Assembly: GCA_000182565.2 (NCBI GenBank) | Contig: KQ257460.1 | Strand: one strand, 5' to 3' | From: Spizellomyces punctatus DAOM BR117 | Taxonomy: Eukaryota | Length of the DNA stretch: 64,000 nt | Part shown: positions 33,094 through 46,948 of the stretch, one piece after another | How positions within the stretch are numbered: position 1 is the first letter of the stretch | Layout of the letters: the number at the start of each line of letters is the position of its first letter | Program-made: the position numbers and the translations under genes | Notes under the pieces: model-generated | Database searches by the model: none | Told to the model about the DNA's origin: nothing | Seen by the model: only the letters and a program-made list of their open reading frames with translations

Positions 33094-35748
33094 GTCGTGG
33101 AATACAAGGGGGTCGGTGAGCCTACGCTAAAAAAAAAAAAGCACTAAGAAAAGCTCGGGAGGGCACAGACACCAGTAGTTCCAACGCAGGTCGCAGGCAG
33201 ACCGCGAGACGAGAACAAGGAACGAGAGATAGATGGACCCAGTATTTAGGAGACTGGTAACAAGGGAATATGTTTTGTTCTCCTTTGGTATCTCGAGAGG
33301 CTTTGTTTCCACGTATAATGTTGACAGGGCACAAAGATGTTGACCTCTCCGAGTTCGCGGGGAACGTGGACACAGCGAGCGCAATCCCGAAAGAAAGAAA
33401 GAACAAAAAATAAAACAAAAAAGAAAAGATAATCCCTTTGTAGGCAGAAAGAGTCCCGTGGTGCTGATTGACGCGAGATGGAACTTTGTCCTGTATGCGG
33501 TATGGGCTGGCAGGCAAGTCGCCGAGCGTTGCAGAGTAGGAGTAGCAATAACCCGTTGGCCGGCAAAACCAGCAAGGTGCTTCTACGCGGGGATTCGAAG
33601 CAGGAGAAGAAAAAGAGAATCCGCAACGATACCACGGCTTTCGACAAAATAACGATAACAATAACTAGAGAAACAAAAAAGGGCACACTGTATTCCGGAA
33701 TGTACACAACAAAAAAGCAGGGCGTTGCTCGATCAGGTGGAGGGGGGTTGGCCAAGGGACGGGGTTTGAGTGGACAAGCAAATAGAATTGAGAGAAGTCG
33801 TTGCGGCGCGCGGGGATCGCTAAAAGTTGAAATTCGCGAACGGAGCAGACAATCCCGCAAACGTCTCGAGAGAGAGGGCGTGTTGCTGGAGGGAAACGAG
33901 AGCGAGAGAGACGAGTCGGAATCACACTGAATCAACGGGACAAGTTTTTTAACGAACGGCCTGAGGAGGCGGAGAAGAGCCAGTCGGCGATTTGTTCCAA
34001 AAAAGAAAAATATATATCATATACAATTGGTGGCAAGGGAGAGAGCGAACAAAGAAGATCAAATGGCTTGTATAACTGGGGCCTTGGCTGAACCTTCAAA
34101 ATACAATCTGGCCAGCTTGCCCAAGTACCTGGCCACGGATGGGTGACCGGAGGGTCAATAAGGAGCGAGTCACTTTTTGTATCGAACCAACCGCGCGATT
34201 TTAAAAATGGCAGAATGGACAAGGTGAACACAGCCCAACCAAAAACTCATCCAACACACGGACAAGGCAGGAGCGAGCGGAGGTCCAAAGCTCCGACAAA
34301 GCCGATCCTGATCCCGGGTCCACTCATCCAGGAGAAACCAACAACTTTAATAAGGCAGACGAAAAAAAATAGAAGGGTGTTGTAGAAAAGTCACAATATA
34401 ATCTCATGCTGTAAACCAAGTCTCAAGTATGATTTGGTCTTGCGCAACCGTCCTCTGAGGAGGAGACTGTAAGAAGAATGGACGAGAAGAAATCATATCA
34501 GCGTCGCGTGGTCTAATGTGAGATACAGTTGGAGAAGGCGGAAAAATCACGGCCAAAAGGTGCTCCAGAAGATCCAAACAAAGCACGCGGCCGATTGTGA
34601 GCCGGGATGTAAAGTACCTGTGGCGTTGACCATCAAACAACCAGAAACGAACAAACGAGTTTTTTGTTTTTCCCGTTTGTTGCAGGCCCAAATCCCGCAA
34701 GAACAAAACAATGGGCTATTGTTTATTTTCATAAGTGACTCAGACTGACTTTTTGGGATTTTCCCATAATGTATTTTTTCTTTACGTTATCGAAATTTCT
34801 CAAGGATGACTTGCAACACTAGAGTAATATTGGCCATTTTCGTTCAAAAGAGCCGAACGTTTCACGGCGACATCTACCGATGACCTTGCCCCCTTTCCAC
34901 GCACCGGGTCATGGGGCGAAGTCGTTCTTGTGCAACGCTCCAGATTCCAGACCCATCTAGACCCTTATATCCACACCTGATAGCACGTGCATATGCCATT
35001 CGTTCACGGGCGTGGAAGAAGGCTTGCGGGGCTTGTAAAGTGTGGCTTTTGGTTTATGTCATCAGGTCATGATCAGGTTGCGCTTTTGAACGCTTGACTT
35101 ATCACACTGCAAAGGAATGAGAAGGATTTTGGGGGGTCTCACACTCCTGCGTCATGTAAGAGGTGCAGGAATGAGAAGGGATTGTGGGCATGGGTGTGCA
35201 TGGTGCGACTGCCTCCCATTCTGTAGAACATTTCTATCAGGTCGCCGGAGCCTTTCAGCTGTTCGAGCGGTTTGAAACCGCCTTTGATATGAGTTCGCTG
35301 GCGTGACTGCCTCCCATTTTGTGGTGCATTCCTGTCAAGCGGCCAGAGCGTTCACAACCAGATAACGATGAATAACGAGAACAGGTCCCTGTAGGATAAG
35401 AAGGGCAATGCCAGCAAATGGTTGGTAAAATTAATAGAGCTGTGCGAAAATCCCCCCGCACAGTTAACGCCCCGTTCCAAAGATCATAGGGACAGGGCTT
35501 TTGACATCCTCCAATACACATGGTTATGTCACACCCCATCACTGAGAATGTCATCTATTCTCCAACAAAATATTCCCCAACAAAAGACCTGTTCTTGGTT
35601 GATCCACGGATACGTAAAAAAAGTGGGAGTTATCGTTTTCTTGGTGGTTTCCGTCGGGTTTTATCCGGGATAGGGATATTCATCAGACGTTGTTTGTTCG
35701 CTCCATTTGCGTTTACAACCTTTTTTTTATTTTTTTTTTGGATTCATT

Positions 35749-36850
35749 CATGCCACTTCCAAACGTGTCGTTTGAAGAAGCCATCGCCGCTGGTGGCCAG
35801 GTCGTTGAGCATCGCTTGCATGTACGTTTTTCCGCCCCTTGTTTTTTTGCTTTTCCCCCCCGCATTACCTTTTCCCCTGTGACGCTTGGCTCCGACGACA
35901 TTTTGGATCGTGATCTGTTGGATTGTTTAGATATCTTGACCCCCCTTTGCTCAACAGACCCGAAACGAAAACTACAGCGTCCACGTTCTCCTTCCTTCTA
36001 ACGAAGTCTTTGTAAGTTGTCTGCACCCAACGACCTATCGCAACCATAACAGCATTTAACAGACATCTGCTCAGATTTACACAAACATCTCCAAACAGCG
36101 TCTTAAACCTCATCTCAATGTCCCGCTCGCCACTCTCCCACCGACGACCCGACCCGCCTCCCATCACGCCCCTCGCACACCTACCCAAACAGAAACATTT
36201 GAAGATGTAATGCGCATGGGAGGTCGTATCGTCGAAGTCAAGAAATTCACAACATTTGGAGTGTATCTACGCATGCCGGACGATGGGCGTGTCGTCCACT
36301 GCTGGAACATTAGTCAAGATCGAGTGGATGCTGCCAGGAGAGTCATAAGAAACGTCCTCCAAACGGCTCCTCTTCCCTCCGTTCCTCCGACACCAACACC
36401 GCCAACATCACCTACATCTCCAAAGAAGGGCAAGAAACATCAGAATCCATCTTTTGAAGAATGCATCGCTGAAAACGCTTCCATTGTCCGTGTAACGCCA
36501 CATGTATTTTACTCTGTACATGTCCAAAGACCTAATGGCCGCGTAGAAAACTTTAATCGGGTCAGTCAAGAAAAGGTATATAATACGTCCGCATTTGATT
36601 TTTTTGTTTGTTTTTTCCTAAAGTTAACGTTTACCAAATGAAACAGTATCAAACGTGGGCACATACCCACCTACCTCATGTCGCTCCACATCCTCCTCCC
36701 CTGCCTCCTCTTGAACTCTCCACTCCTTTCTATACCCCGCAACCAACGACCACTACGGCAACATCAACACAGTATGCGCCGCCCTACGTGCCGCAATACG
36801 CATACCCCTTCAATTACGTCGTGTGGACGGGTGACAGAGAGAGTGGGTGA
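35749..36850 (+). CDS. Hypothetical protein with three tandem ~45-aa repeats
   Basis: Spliced reading (introns ~35822-35957, ~36012-36075, ~36576-36646) gives three units of the form S/T-FEExxxxGGxVVx...YSVHVxxPxG...NISxxR. Confidence 0.55.
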
Positions 36851-37261
36851 GTGGTTTTCATGTTGTGGTAAAGTTTGATGATGGGCACGCTGAGGTACGA
36901 GTTGTGGGTAGGTCGCAACAGACACTCTCACAAGGTAAACCTAACGACAAGGTATTGGATGCTTAGGAGAAAAACCGGCCATATCATGCAATAGCGTGTC
37001 CCCATTCGCATGTAGCAAGAACCAACCCCGCCATCTGTGGGGCTCATCTTTTCTGTAACAAATATTGCAACCTTGGTCTGTGAAATTATAACTTGTGAAC
37101 CCATTTGAAAGGGCACGTCCATTCAAAAACAACACCAAGAAATTAAAATAAAAAAAGATCATGCCTCCATAAACCCAAACAATCCAAGACAAGAAAATAC
37201 AATGTCCACATCCCCATAGAGAATATATATACATCCCTCTGCATCATCCTTTTTACTCCGT

Positions 37262-39130
37262 CTAAGAGTCCGCTACGCCGTTCTCAACCTTCTGTTCTTC
37301 AACACGCTTCTCTTCTTCAACACGCTTATAAGGGTCATTAACTGTATGTCCGTGACCCCTAGCGTATGCATCATGCGCTAAAAGTTTTGCATATAGTCAA
37401 TTAACGTGAGCTATAATCTTTCCATTCACCAAACCGCACTTACCATCAACAACTCTCTCAATATGAGCTCCAAAGTCCACACCCCGCTTCATCTCTAGCA
37501 AGCCCGCCTTATCGATTACTTGCGTGCTGAGCACCTGGTACCGCGTCTTGGCAGCCTGGAACCGACATCGCGTCTGGTCCAATTCCTTCTCTTGGTACTT
37601 GGCTGTATCTTCAGCAGATTTTGAACGGGAGGAGAGAAATGTCGGCGTAGGTGGTCTTGTCGACGCCTTGATGGCGCGTTCTTCGAGGTAGCCGAGTTTG
37701 GAGGCGTAACTACAGAGTACAGGTGTGAGAGCTATGATGCAAGAAAATGGCAAGAATGCAGGACTAACCTGTCGAATTCTTGACGAGCAGTTTTCTGGCT
37801 CTTGATCGTATCCCGAGAGTCGGCAATTGCTTTTGCCTTGAAAATCTTGATAAAGCTCAGGTAGGAATCCAAGGACGCAATCACAGGAACGCGCTCCTTG
37901 CTGGAAAACAAGACACGACATGAGTTCCATATACTGTTTGGTTGACAGATACTGAGCACACGTACCATTCTTGGTGATACGCAACGCCCAAATGCACCAA
38001 GTTCCTCCCAATCTCCTCATCCCGCTCCTGGTACCCCTTTTGCTGATAGAACAGCGACAATTCGGCTTCAACCTCATTCAACTGTTGCAAAGCCATTCGC
38101 TGCTTTTCGACCATCTTTTCCAACTGAGAAAAGTAGTCGTACATGGCATCAATCTCTTTGGCCGATTCGTCCACTTCAGGTTGAGCAGTGACATGGGCCC
38201 ACTGGTGGAGACAGTATAGTGTGAGATACAGCCACATGTGTAAATCGCCACCCGCCACGCACCTGTTTACCGACCTGCTGTCCCAGCTTTTCTCTCACAC
38301 GCTGGGTAAAGATTTTGTGAATCCTGTCGACGCTCTCGGGAGTACTTGTAGCGAGTTTAGCGACTTGGCGCGTAAAAAACTCTCCGATCATGTACTAAGG
38401 TGGAGCCAAGCTTTAGGCACGGTCCAGCACAAATATTATGATACCGAAAACTCACATCCAACCGCTGATTAAACTGCTTGCTCTTGGAATTTTCACTCAA
38501 AGGCATACTCGAAGAAAAGGAATCCATTCTTTGCGAGGGAAAGTTTGGCGCTACCCTGGACCCCAACCCCATGTCCCCGATATTGGGCATCCGTGTAGCG
38601 CTCATAGGACTGGGAGTCGCAAAGGTTGGCAGCTCTGTTGTACGCAGCTCAGGTGCCGATCGATCTGTCAAGGTGGGGGTCGAGGCACTAAAACTTGGCG
38701 CACTAGGAGACCGACGCAGGTGGGGTACATTTTGGAGGGATTGAAACCGGATGGGAAGTCCTGTCGCGAGGACGGGAAGTACCTCTGGTTCCGGTTCCGG
38801 AGACGGTGTCCGGGATACTGTTGGAGGAGGAGTAGGAGCTTGGTCGACAACGGGTTGCGGGTCAGGATCAGTGACTGTATCTGTGGTTTTCACGGCGCCA
38901 GAACCCAATGTCGAAGCCTCCTCATCCTCCTGTTCCTCCTCCACCTCCGCGACGTTTTCCTCCTCTTCGTGCTTTCCATTCACCTGAGCATTTTCAACGC
39001 CCTTCTCCTCGACGGCAGATTCGTTCTCCTCGTTGTGATCATCGCCGTTAACCAGCCCATTTAGAGTCTCCTTTTCCACCTCGGTTGTCTCATCTCTCGC
39101 TACAGCAGCATCGGCCACGTCGCCAGTCAT
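37262..39130 (-). CDS. Arfaptin/BAR (AH-domain-like) protein, multi-exon
   Basis: Acidic N-terminus followed by IFTQRVREKLG..VTAQPEVD, amphipathic helices and VIDKAGLLEMKR. Confidence 0.55.
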
Positions 39131-40060
39131 TGTTTCCTTGCTGATGGACTCCAGGTCGTGACAAGTGTGCGGGATTCTGTACAAGTGAACGATCAAAGAG
39201 TCAACAGGACGAGGTGAGGTGTGATCCCTTCCAACAATGAGTAAATACAAAAAGTACACAGGCCGCTAACAGCCTCCCTTTTCCCTCTTTTCTGTAAAAA
39301 CAAGGCCGGAACAAAACGACCTACCCGATATATGGTCAACAAAGGAGCTCTACTCGAAACAAAAAACGAGGCGCTCAGGAGCAAAAAGCAAGTCGACTTG
39401 CCGCGTGCCCTTTCCTAACGATAACTTTTCGACAATATCCTAACCCGATGGCAGAGTTTGCACTGATTGGTCGAATGGAAGGCCTCATTTGACATATATG
39501 GATAAATGAAGCGGAATTAGTGTGATTGTGCCTCTTCCGCCGGTGGCATAGTCATAATAAGGAGGCCACACCCACCGCCGCCCCTCAACCTGAAGGGATG
39601 CAAACAGCGGCTAAAGGGGAGGGCAAACAGAGAGATGTGCGCAGCAGTGACCCTGACGAGGTCTATTCTAATGTCAGTACATGTGTTTTTGTTGGGTTTA
39701 GACTGGAGTTTGTCATCCAACGACAGCCAACGACCTTTGGCATTCGGTAGGTAGGCGCACTGAAAGCCCAGCTCATCAATGTAGCGACGACACTACTCGC
39801 TATCACCATCATGCATCCAATCTACATGCAATTCTATTTCAAAAGAACTGCCTGCCTTTCTTATCCAAGGCAAATGTTTCCAGAGATGCAAGTCTGTTGC
39901 CCATTATAGCCCATCCTCTATTGAGGATCGGGTGAAAAAAGAGCGCGATACGCTCATGTCAGCACACATTGGAACCGGTTCTTCATCCTGCCACTGTCCC
40001 TGTGAATCAATAAACCTGCGCCTACCAGCTAAGATCTTGACTGTACCATTGCCAGCAACC

Positions 40061-40893
40061 ATGACTGCCAGCGCAACGTCAGAAAACTTGGATGTTCATC
40101 TCGATAGGTATGCCCTACTGGGTTTTGCAACTAAAGTTGTCATCTCTCACGAAATCTTTTACAATCAGTCTGCCGTACATTGATGGCGAAATCTCCCCAG
40201 AACGTAAGGTTTACATCTCTTTATACCACAAAATAAACCAGAAAACCTCTAATACCAAGATTTACATCCCCAGTATCCGACGAAATAGCTTCCCTCCTCT
40301 CCCACCCCCGACCCACCACACTACACCCCTCACTCATACCCACACCCTACGATACACCCCCGGAAGCTCCACCCAAAATACAGACATTTGACACAACCCG
40401 CCTACGTCTCGATACTCCCTCAGAATCAACAGTAGAAGCATACAAATCGGCAGTGGAGAATGCGTGTGCGCAGTTGGAGCATCAGAATGCCCGTATGGTG
40501 AACTTGGAATTAGTGCATAGCTTTGGGAGTAATGCTTGGAAGTTGCACTGCTTTCAATTGGAGTACTTGAAAAAGAAGGTAGACGCGCAGGTTGAACAAA
40601 TCAAAAAAGAGGTTTTGGAAGTGAATAGGGAAAGGAAAATGGGGCAGGTAAGGCTCGCAGTTCGTTTCGATACAGAAAGGCTCGCGAGAATCATGTATGT
40701 ATGTATTGACAAATCCGACTTTTTTCAGATGAAAACCGGTCAAACACTCCAAACGCTTACATACAAATACTCTCAGCTTCTCAACCAAACGATACAAGTC
40801 GACGCTGCGACACGACAGTTGCAACAGGAGGTAGAGCATTTGCAAGCTGGGTGTGCACAATTAGAGGCAAAGTGTGGTGTGAACGGAGAATAA
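40061..40893 (+). CDS. SPF27: Pre-mRNA splicing factor SPF27/BCAS2, multi-exon
   Basis: LD|SLPYID, FDTTRLRL, ENACAQLEHQNARMVNLELVHSFGSNAWK, EVNRERKMGQ. Confidence 0.85.
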
Positions 40894-41069
40894 ACCTTAT
40901 GTTGAAGACAATATATCAACGAAAAAGACCAGTGTGTTTCACACAATTTCTTTTATTTATAAAAAGCTATACAAAAAAGCACAAGAACAAAAAAGCAGAC
41001 AAATGACACCAAAAGCGGGAACATTCAGGTCCAAGACCAAAATGTAGCATCCATAAAAACGACACTGGT

Positions 41070-42198
41070 CTACTCTGCACTAGCCGCGTTTTGACCCTCT
41101 TCATCATCCTGTCAATCCCCCAAAAAGTACCACGTCAGTGCATGTATTCATGGCAAAAATGTAAAAGTCATGTCTCACCTTTCGCGGCTTCTTCCTTGCA
41201 GGACCCTCAGCAGCTTGCATTGCCAGTTGCGATCTTAATTGCTCATTCTCTGCCTTCAGTGATTCGACTTGAGCTGACAACTCCTGGATCCTGCAGTTTC
41301 AAGTCCATCAGATAACTATAGGTATTGTCTAAACCCAGAAAATGATACTCACGCCTGCTCACACAACAACTTTTCCAATGTCCACTTTTCCAGATTCGTT
41401 GACTCTTGCTCCTTTAACTGATGAATATACTGTACGGCCCTCGACAAAATGCGCCCCTTGTTCTTTTCCCCCTCTGGAATCAATTTCGCTAGCTCGTTAA
41501 TACCATCATTGATGGTTTCACGACGTCTCCGTTCAACCTCCTTGTGATTCTCCCGACGCTGACGCAACCATTCTTCTGAGCCAACGGGAGCCTTAGAGTT
41601 TGAGGGCGTCCCAGGCGATGAGATGGCTTGTGCAGCGGCTGCCTGAGCAGCAGCCTGCGCAGCTTGAGCAGCCGCGTAAACACTAGCGTAGGCCTGTTGG
41701 TTCATTCCAGGCGGAGGGGGAGGGAAAGAGGCAGGGAGCCCGCCAGGGCCGGGTGAGTAGCCTTGCGGCGTCGTCGGCATAGCACCGGGATGCGGTTGAA
41801 TAGCCACAGGCGTCCCAGGATGCTGTCCAACTCCGACGGGAATCTGATTCTGCTGAGCCTGCAGCTGATTGGGCGGTGTAGAAACGGCGTTGTGAGTTTG
41901 GTGTGCGTGTGCGTGCTGTTGCTGCTGCTGCTGTTGTTGTTGATGATGATGTTGATGGTGTTGGTGGTGTTGGTGGTGAGCGTCGTTTGCCTGCAGTTGT
42001 GGCACGGCTGCAGCGGCTACCGGAGGATTCGTGGGAGAAGAAACGTTCAGAGGAGTAGAAGGCAGAGCGGAGGGAACGCTGGAACCAGCGACTTGGCCCT
42101 GAGTTCATCTATAGATGAGACCAACGCCATTCACCAAAAGCGACACCAAACGCGAGACATACCTCTGTCTTTTGCGAAACGACACTCGCCGCAGACAT
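41070..42198 (-). CDS. CBF1: Cbf1-like bHLH transcription factor, multi-exon
   Basis: GSEEWLRQRRENHKEVERRRRETINDGINELAKLIPEGEKNKGRILSRAVQYI...NLEKWTLEKLLCEQA, with a His/Gln-rich N-terminus. Confidence 0.9.
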
Positions 42199-42550
42199 GA
42201 AAAGCGTAGAGACCTACTACCACACACAAGGAAATAAACACGAAATGAACTGTAGAGATCTTGCTATTGCGTGAGCGTGTGCGCAGCAGCAATCAGCAGG
42301 ACACCAGGTGGGATGGATGTGACTTTCTCGTGTTTTTTGAGACGAAACGAAAGAGGGGGGCGTTGGGGAGAAAGAGAAGCGATGGACATCAGCTGAGGCC
42401 AATGTGACAATCACAATATTCCACCAATCAAAACACGACACGTGTTAAGGGTTGTCACATGAATATGTGGCTTAGTAATAATGCTGAGTCATACATTCAG
42501 ATGGCGACCCCGCCCAATTGCTAGTTGAACCAACAAGTTTCTGGTTTTTT

Positions 42551-45500
42551 TTAAATAATCACACCTCGAATGAACCCCACAAATCTTTCTGCATATCGCC
42601 CAGGTTCCTCTACACTATTCTCAAAATTCTCCATTCCCGGTAGCACCACTGGCGCCGGGATGGGGCTCATAACAGGAGAGGTAACGGGTGACGTGTAAAC
42701 AGAGGAAGGTGGAGTCGAGGGTGCGACAATGGGAGAGGAAGGAGGGTCTTGCGTTGGTGAGAAGAGAGTCGAGAGGGAGGTGGGAATATCGGCGCGTGAG
42801 GAAAAGATGGGTCGCTTAAAGTTTCGTTCTAACCATTTAAGCATATTGTACTTTTGGAGAATGTCAATAATACCAATAAAGTAAACCTATAATGGAAATG
42901 TTAGCGTCCATCTCACAGCGAATCTCAGGATATCCATCATACCTCATATTCGACCGTCTCAGATTCCGCAAAATCCCAACTCCGAATTCCACCTTTAAAT
43001 CTTTTTTGAAAAGGTATACCATCGCTCTCGTGTTGTTCCGTTTTATTTGGGTCGTCAAACACTGTCGAATCAAGGTCCGGACTTGAATCCCACTCCTCTT
43101 GTGCCGCGGCCGGAGCGGACGTCCTGTGAGTGTCCGCGTTCTCGCCTCGTTCCATGGCATCGTCCATTGTCACATCCTCTGCAATTGACAGTAGCGTCTC
43201 CTCGCTGAGATCGGCGCGTTCAACAACCTCCTCCTTCCGATCTGAACTCTCGCCGCCTGCTCCAATCCATTTGCTCAATACATTCACAGCATTGTGGAAG
43301 ACCGTGTTTGAATGGACAGTGACCGGAGCAGACGGGCCGGGTTTGGGACTGGCAGATGCGCTCTTAGCTGTCTGGCTGGAGCTCTCGGAAAGATATGCAA
43401 ACGTGTCTGGTCGAACTGGTGGGATATTGATAGGTGGAGGTTTGGGACTTTTGCCTGTTCGGCTGGTTGAAGAAGTCGGTGATGTTGGTAGACCGGATGC
43501 CTGGGGAGTGTTGGGTGGAGTTGCTTGGCGTACTTGTTTGGGATGTCTGTAAACTCCAATCAGCAGACTAACGCACAGAGAAAGTTAACAAAACGCATTC
43601 GATAAGACCATCAAAGGCATGCTGACCTATAATCCATAAACTCGTGCTTCTTCAACAGCGCCACATCCTCCTCTAGCTGCCGCAAAACCCTCTCCTTCAT
43701 CCCCTCACCCATACACAACCGGTGGGCAACCCCCATCCCAATCAACTTTTGAAAATCAATTTCTTTTAATGTCAGGTCAGCCGTCACGGGCATGTTCTCC
43801 ATATCAGAGGTCGAGGTCGGTCGTGAACTTGATGACAATCCTTGTTGTAAGACGCCTGGCATGACAATTGGGGACGACGATACGGCTTTGATGGGTTCCG
43901 CGTCACTAGTTGCACCATCTGGTGCCTGGAAAGTTGATGCGGCCAACCCACCACCATCAAAGCTCATTCTCACGCCCTCTTTCCTTGCCGCAAATGCTAA
44001 AACATCCCTTAATGTCTGTCTCCCAACGTTGGATCCCTTGAAATCAAATTTCGTGTGGATTTCCAAGTCAGTGTCGAAGACACTTGCCATGAGCACTACG
44101 GTGAATTTCCCAGCCAAGGCAAGGGAAATAGCTTCATCTTGGGACCCGCTCAAAAACGAAGCTCCGTTCGACTGCTGTCCAATGCGTTCAAATGTGTACA
44201 TGCCTAGATAACGTGGGAGAAGGGTGCTGGGGTGCTTTGTTATGTAGGTGAGGTAGTCGGGAAGGAAGTGCTTGAGGTTGTCGGGCTCCGCGCCGCGGAG
44301 AGTTTTAAGCAAAAACCGCTTGTCTTGTGTTGTGAAAAAGACTGAGAACCATGATCAGTATTAGTTTCTAAAGTGATATACGCCACCTTGACAGTATAAC
44401 TGTGCAACGTACCAGCATCCGACTTTCCGACCGACATGTCAACCTTAGAAGGGTTAGATAGCGAAGCATTGATTTCCTCAAAGGAATACTTGAAAAAATT
44501 TCGAACGGCTTTGAATGCAACAGGTGCATGGTCAGTAAACTTGACACGCCCAAATCCAGCAATCGTCCATTCATGGGTATGTTCGGCTGCCAGGTAGTGC
44601 TTATCTAGCCCCGGACCTTTGTAATGCTGAGGGCTGGAAGATTCACTAGTGCTCCCGGACGATTTCTTCCGCGAGTGTCCATGATTTGCTCCAGTGCCTG
44701 ATGAACGACGACGTAGCAGACGAGTAGCAGTGGAGTTTCGACGGGGAGATTCTGCTGGTGCCTTGGGAGGCAATGGTTCACCATCTGAACCTGGACCTAT
44801 GAACTCAGTCATAGACCTCGTTAATCGCCTCGTGCGAGATCTTCGTGTCCCGGTCAGGTCTTCCACTGATTCGCTAGATGGTAGGTCTGAATGATCGCCG
44901 TGGCGGTGTTCCCTCTGGTCATCCGATGCAGCTCCTCGGCTTTGCGATGAATCAACGCGATCACCGGTTTCGTCATCTGCATCGGCGACAAAGTGGTCCG
45001 AGTCGTCACCAATGCCGCTATCCCGATCTTTGTAATAATTTCGGCTCCGTCTCGAGTCACTTACTCCGGATGGTGGTCGTGGTGGTCGTGGATCCATTCC
45101 ACCAAACCGTTCCAGATCAACCTGCGAAAGATCATCAAAAAGCTGGGAATTTCGGGACCGAGCAAGTATTGATCGACGCTTGGATGACAAGTTTCCAGCA
45201 GCCTTTGCGCCGCTAGATCGGCCAAGACTGTTCCGATTTCCCTTTCGGCCTGAGCTCACTCGGGTTCTTCCTTTATCACTCAATCTTCGTCCACGCTTTT
45301 CGGAATGATCTTGTTGCACTAGTGTGTCCAGATCGCCAATTGACGTGGTGCTTGATCTCTTGGAGTAGTGTGCGGAGCTTTTACGGCGTCCGGATAAGAT
45401 TCGCCCGTCTGCAAATAGAGCAGATTGGGAAATAACTTCCGGACTTATCTCCGCAAGATGCAACATGGCACGAACGGCAAGTCGACAGTGTCTCACGACA

Positions 45501-45996
45501 GGTAGTTCGGCAGCAGCAGATTTGATAGACGAACTCGAGGAATTCCGTTGTGGAGTTGAAGGACGTGGGGCATTAGAATGCGTGGAAGATGAGCGCTCTG
45601 TTTGGCAACGGACTTCATCCTCCCCTTCATCAGCTGACTGGCACCCTATCTCTTCTTCGTCGATAAATGTCTCTTCCTCATCTCCGTCCTTTGTGTCTCG
45701 TATCTCGTCATAGTCGCGGTATTTCCAGTGTTTGTACTTTAGCTGGCATATTCTGTCCAGGCAGAGTCAGTAACAAAGACTGCAAAAAACAACTTTTAAC
45801 AACCGGTCATGGATTCATACTTAATCAGTATCTGAAGAATCAACAGGGCACATACACCCACAACGGCCCCCTGCAGGAAGTCTATCGATACAGCAATGGT
45901 GGTCTCCCATGCACTATACAAGGGATTGGCTTCGTGTGCGGCCGATAAGTTGTTTGTCAGAGTACTTTTGACATCGAGTGGCGGCAAGGGTGCCAT
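42551..45996 (-). CDS. Phosphatidylinositol-phosphate kinase (PIPK) family protein, multi-exon
   Basis: KFTDHAPVAFKAVR, GKSDA, DKRFLLKT, TLLPRYLGMY, KFDFKGS, MDYSLL, KYNMLKWLE, EPGRYAERF. Confidence 0.85.
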
Positions 45997-46866
45997 TGAA
46001 AAAGAAAAATCTTGCTTTCCGGTCCTATTCCTACGCACAGTTAGCACCAAGTGTGTCACCAAATTGCTCTCTAGCAGCAGTCGTACCAATTTTCCCACTT
46101 ACTCAAAGGACGCGCAGGTGAAGGACGGGAACTCTCGAACAATGGTTGGGAAGGAGATGCCGAATGGGTTTGATATAAACTCGCTCACGAATAGAGGAGA
46201 TGCAAGAGGTACTTTGGAGTGTAACGTCAGAGGGATGTGTAAAATGCGGTATAGAGTATCAAAATGAGGCCTAAATGTAGGTTTTTAGACAGATAAAATG
46301 TCGTCACAACGTGAAGAAAGATATTAAAAAAGATGAAATCGTGACAGCTGTCGGAAAAAAAAAAGGCAAATGTAGAAACGAACGATATGCAAACGACAGG
46401 ATGCGAGGGATCAAATGGATACTGTCGTTTTAACTCCTTTCCTACGCGCGCCCCCTTCATCCAACGCAATCCTTCCTGTTGTACTCCCCGCCCAAAATCA
46501 TTCTGCAGTTGTGCCTTACCTGTTCTTGTAAAACTTGGGAATAATCCGACGACGACGTCGACGACGACGACAAGGAAGGAAGGGAGGAAGGTGGAATGCG
46601 CAATGGCGAGAAACGGCCAGATCGACCGCAATTTTCCCACGCATCCCGCCCAGAATGCCATAATCCAGCGTTAGGACAGCTGGTGGCATTTAATATCTTT
46701 TTGGAATGGGGTTAATGGGGTAGCTGTGAGTCAGCCACTGGCAAGTTTAACTTTTTCCTTGTCTTTTGAGGATCTGCACGCGAAAAGATTTTTGGGTTTG
46801 GATTTTGGAACAATTATTATGGACTGAATGGGAATATGAATATCACTCCTCTGTCTAGTCTCCAAC

Positions 46867-46948
46867 GGGGAGATGGCCGAGTGGTCTAAGGCGCTAGATT
46901 TAGGCTCTAGTATCGAAAGATGCGCGAGTTCGAACCTCGCTCTCCTCA
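46867..46948 (+). tRNA. tRNA-Leu(TAG)
   Basis: GGGGAGATGGCCGAGTGGTCTAAGGCG-CTAGA-TTTAGGC-TCTAG, a long variable arm, then GCGAGTTCGAACCTCGCTCTCCTCA. Confidence 0.95.

Noticed and set aside
33122-33935. Overlapping 150-230 aa ORFs upstream of velvet
   Set aside because: Low-complexity T/CT-rich composition fits a 5' UTR or leader intron rather than coding sequence.
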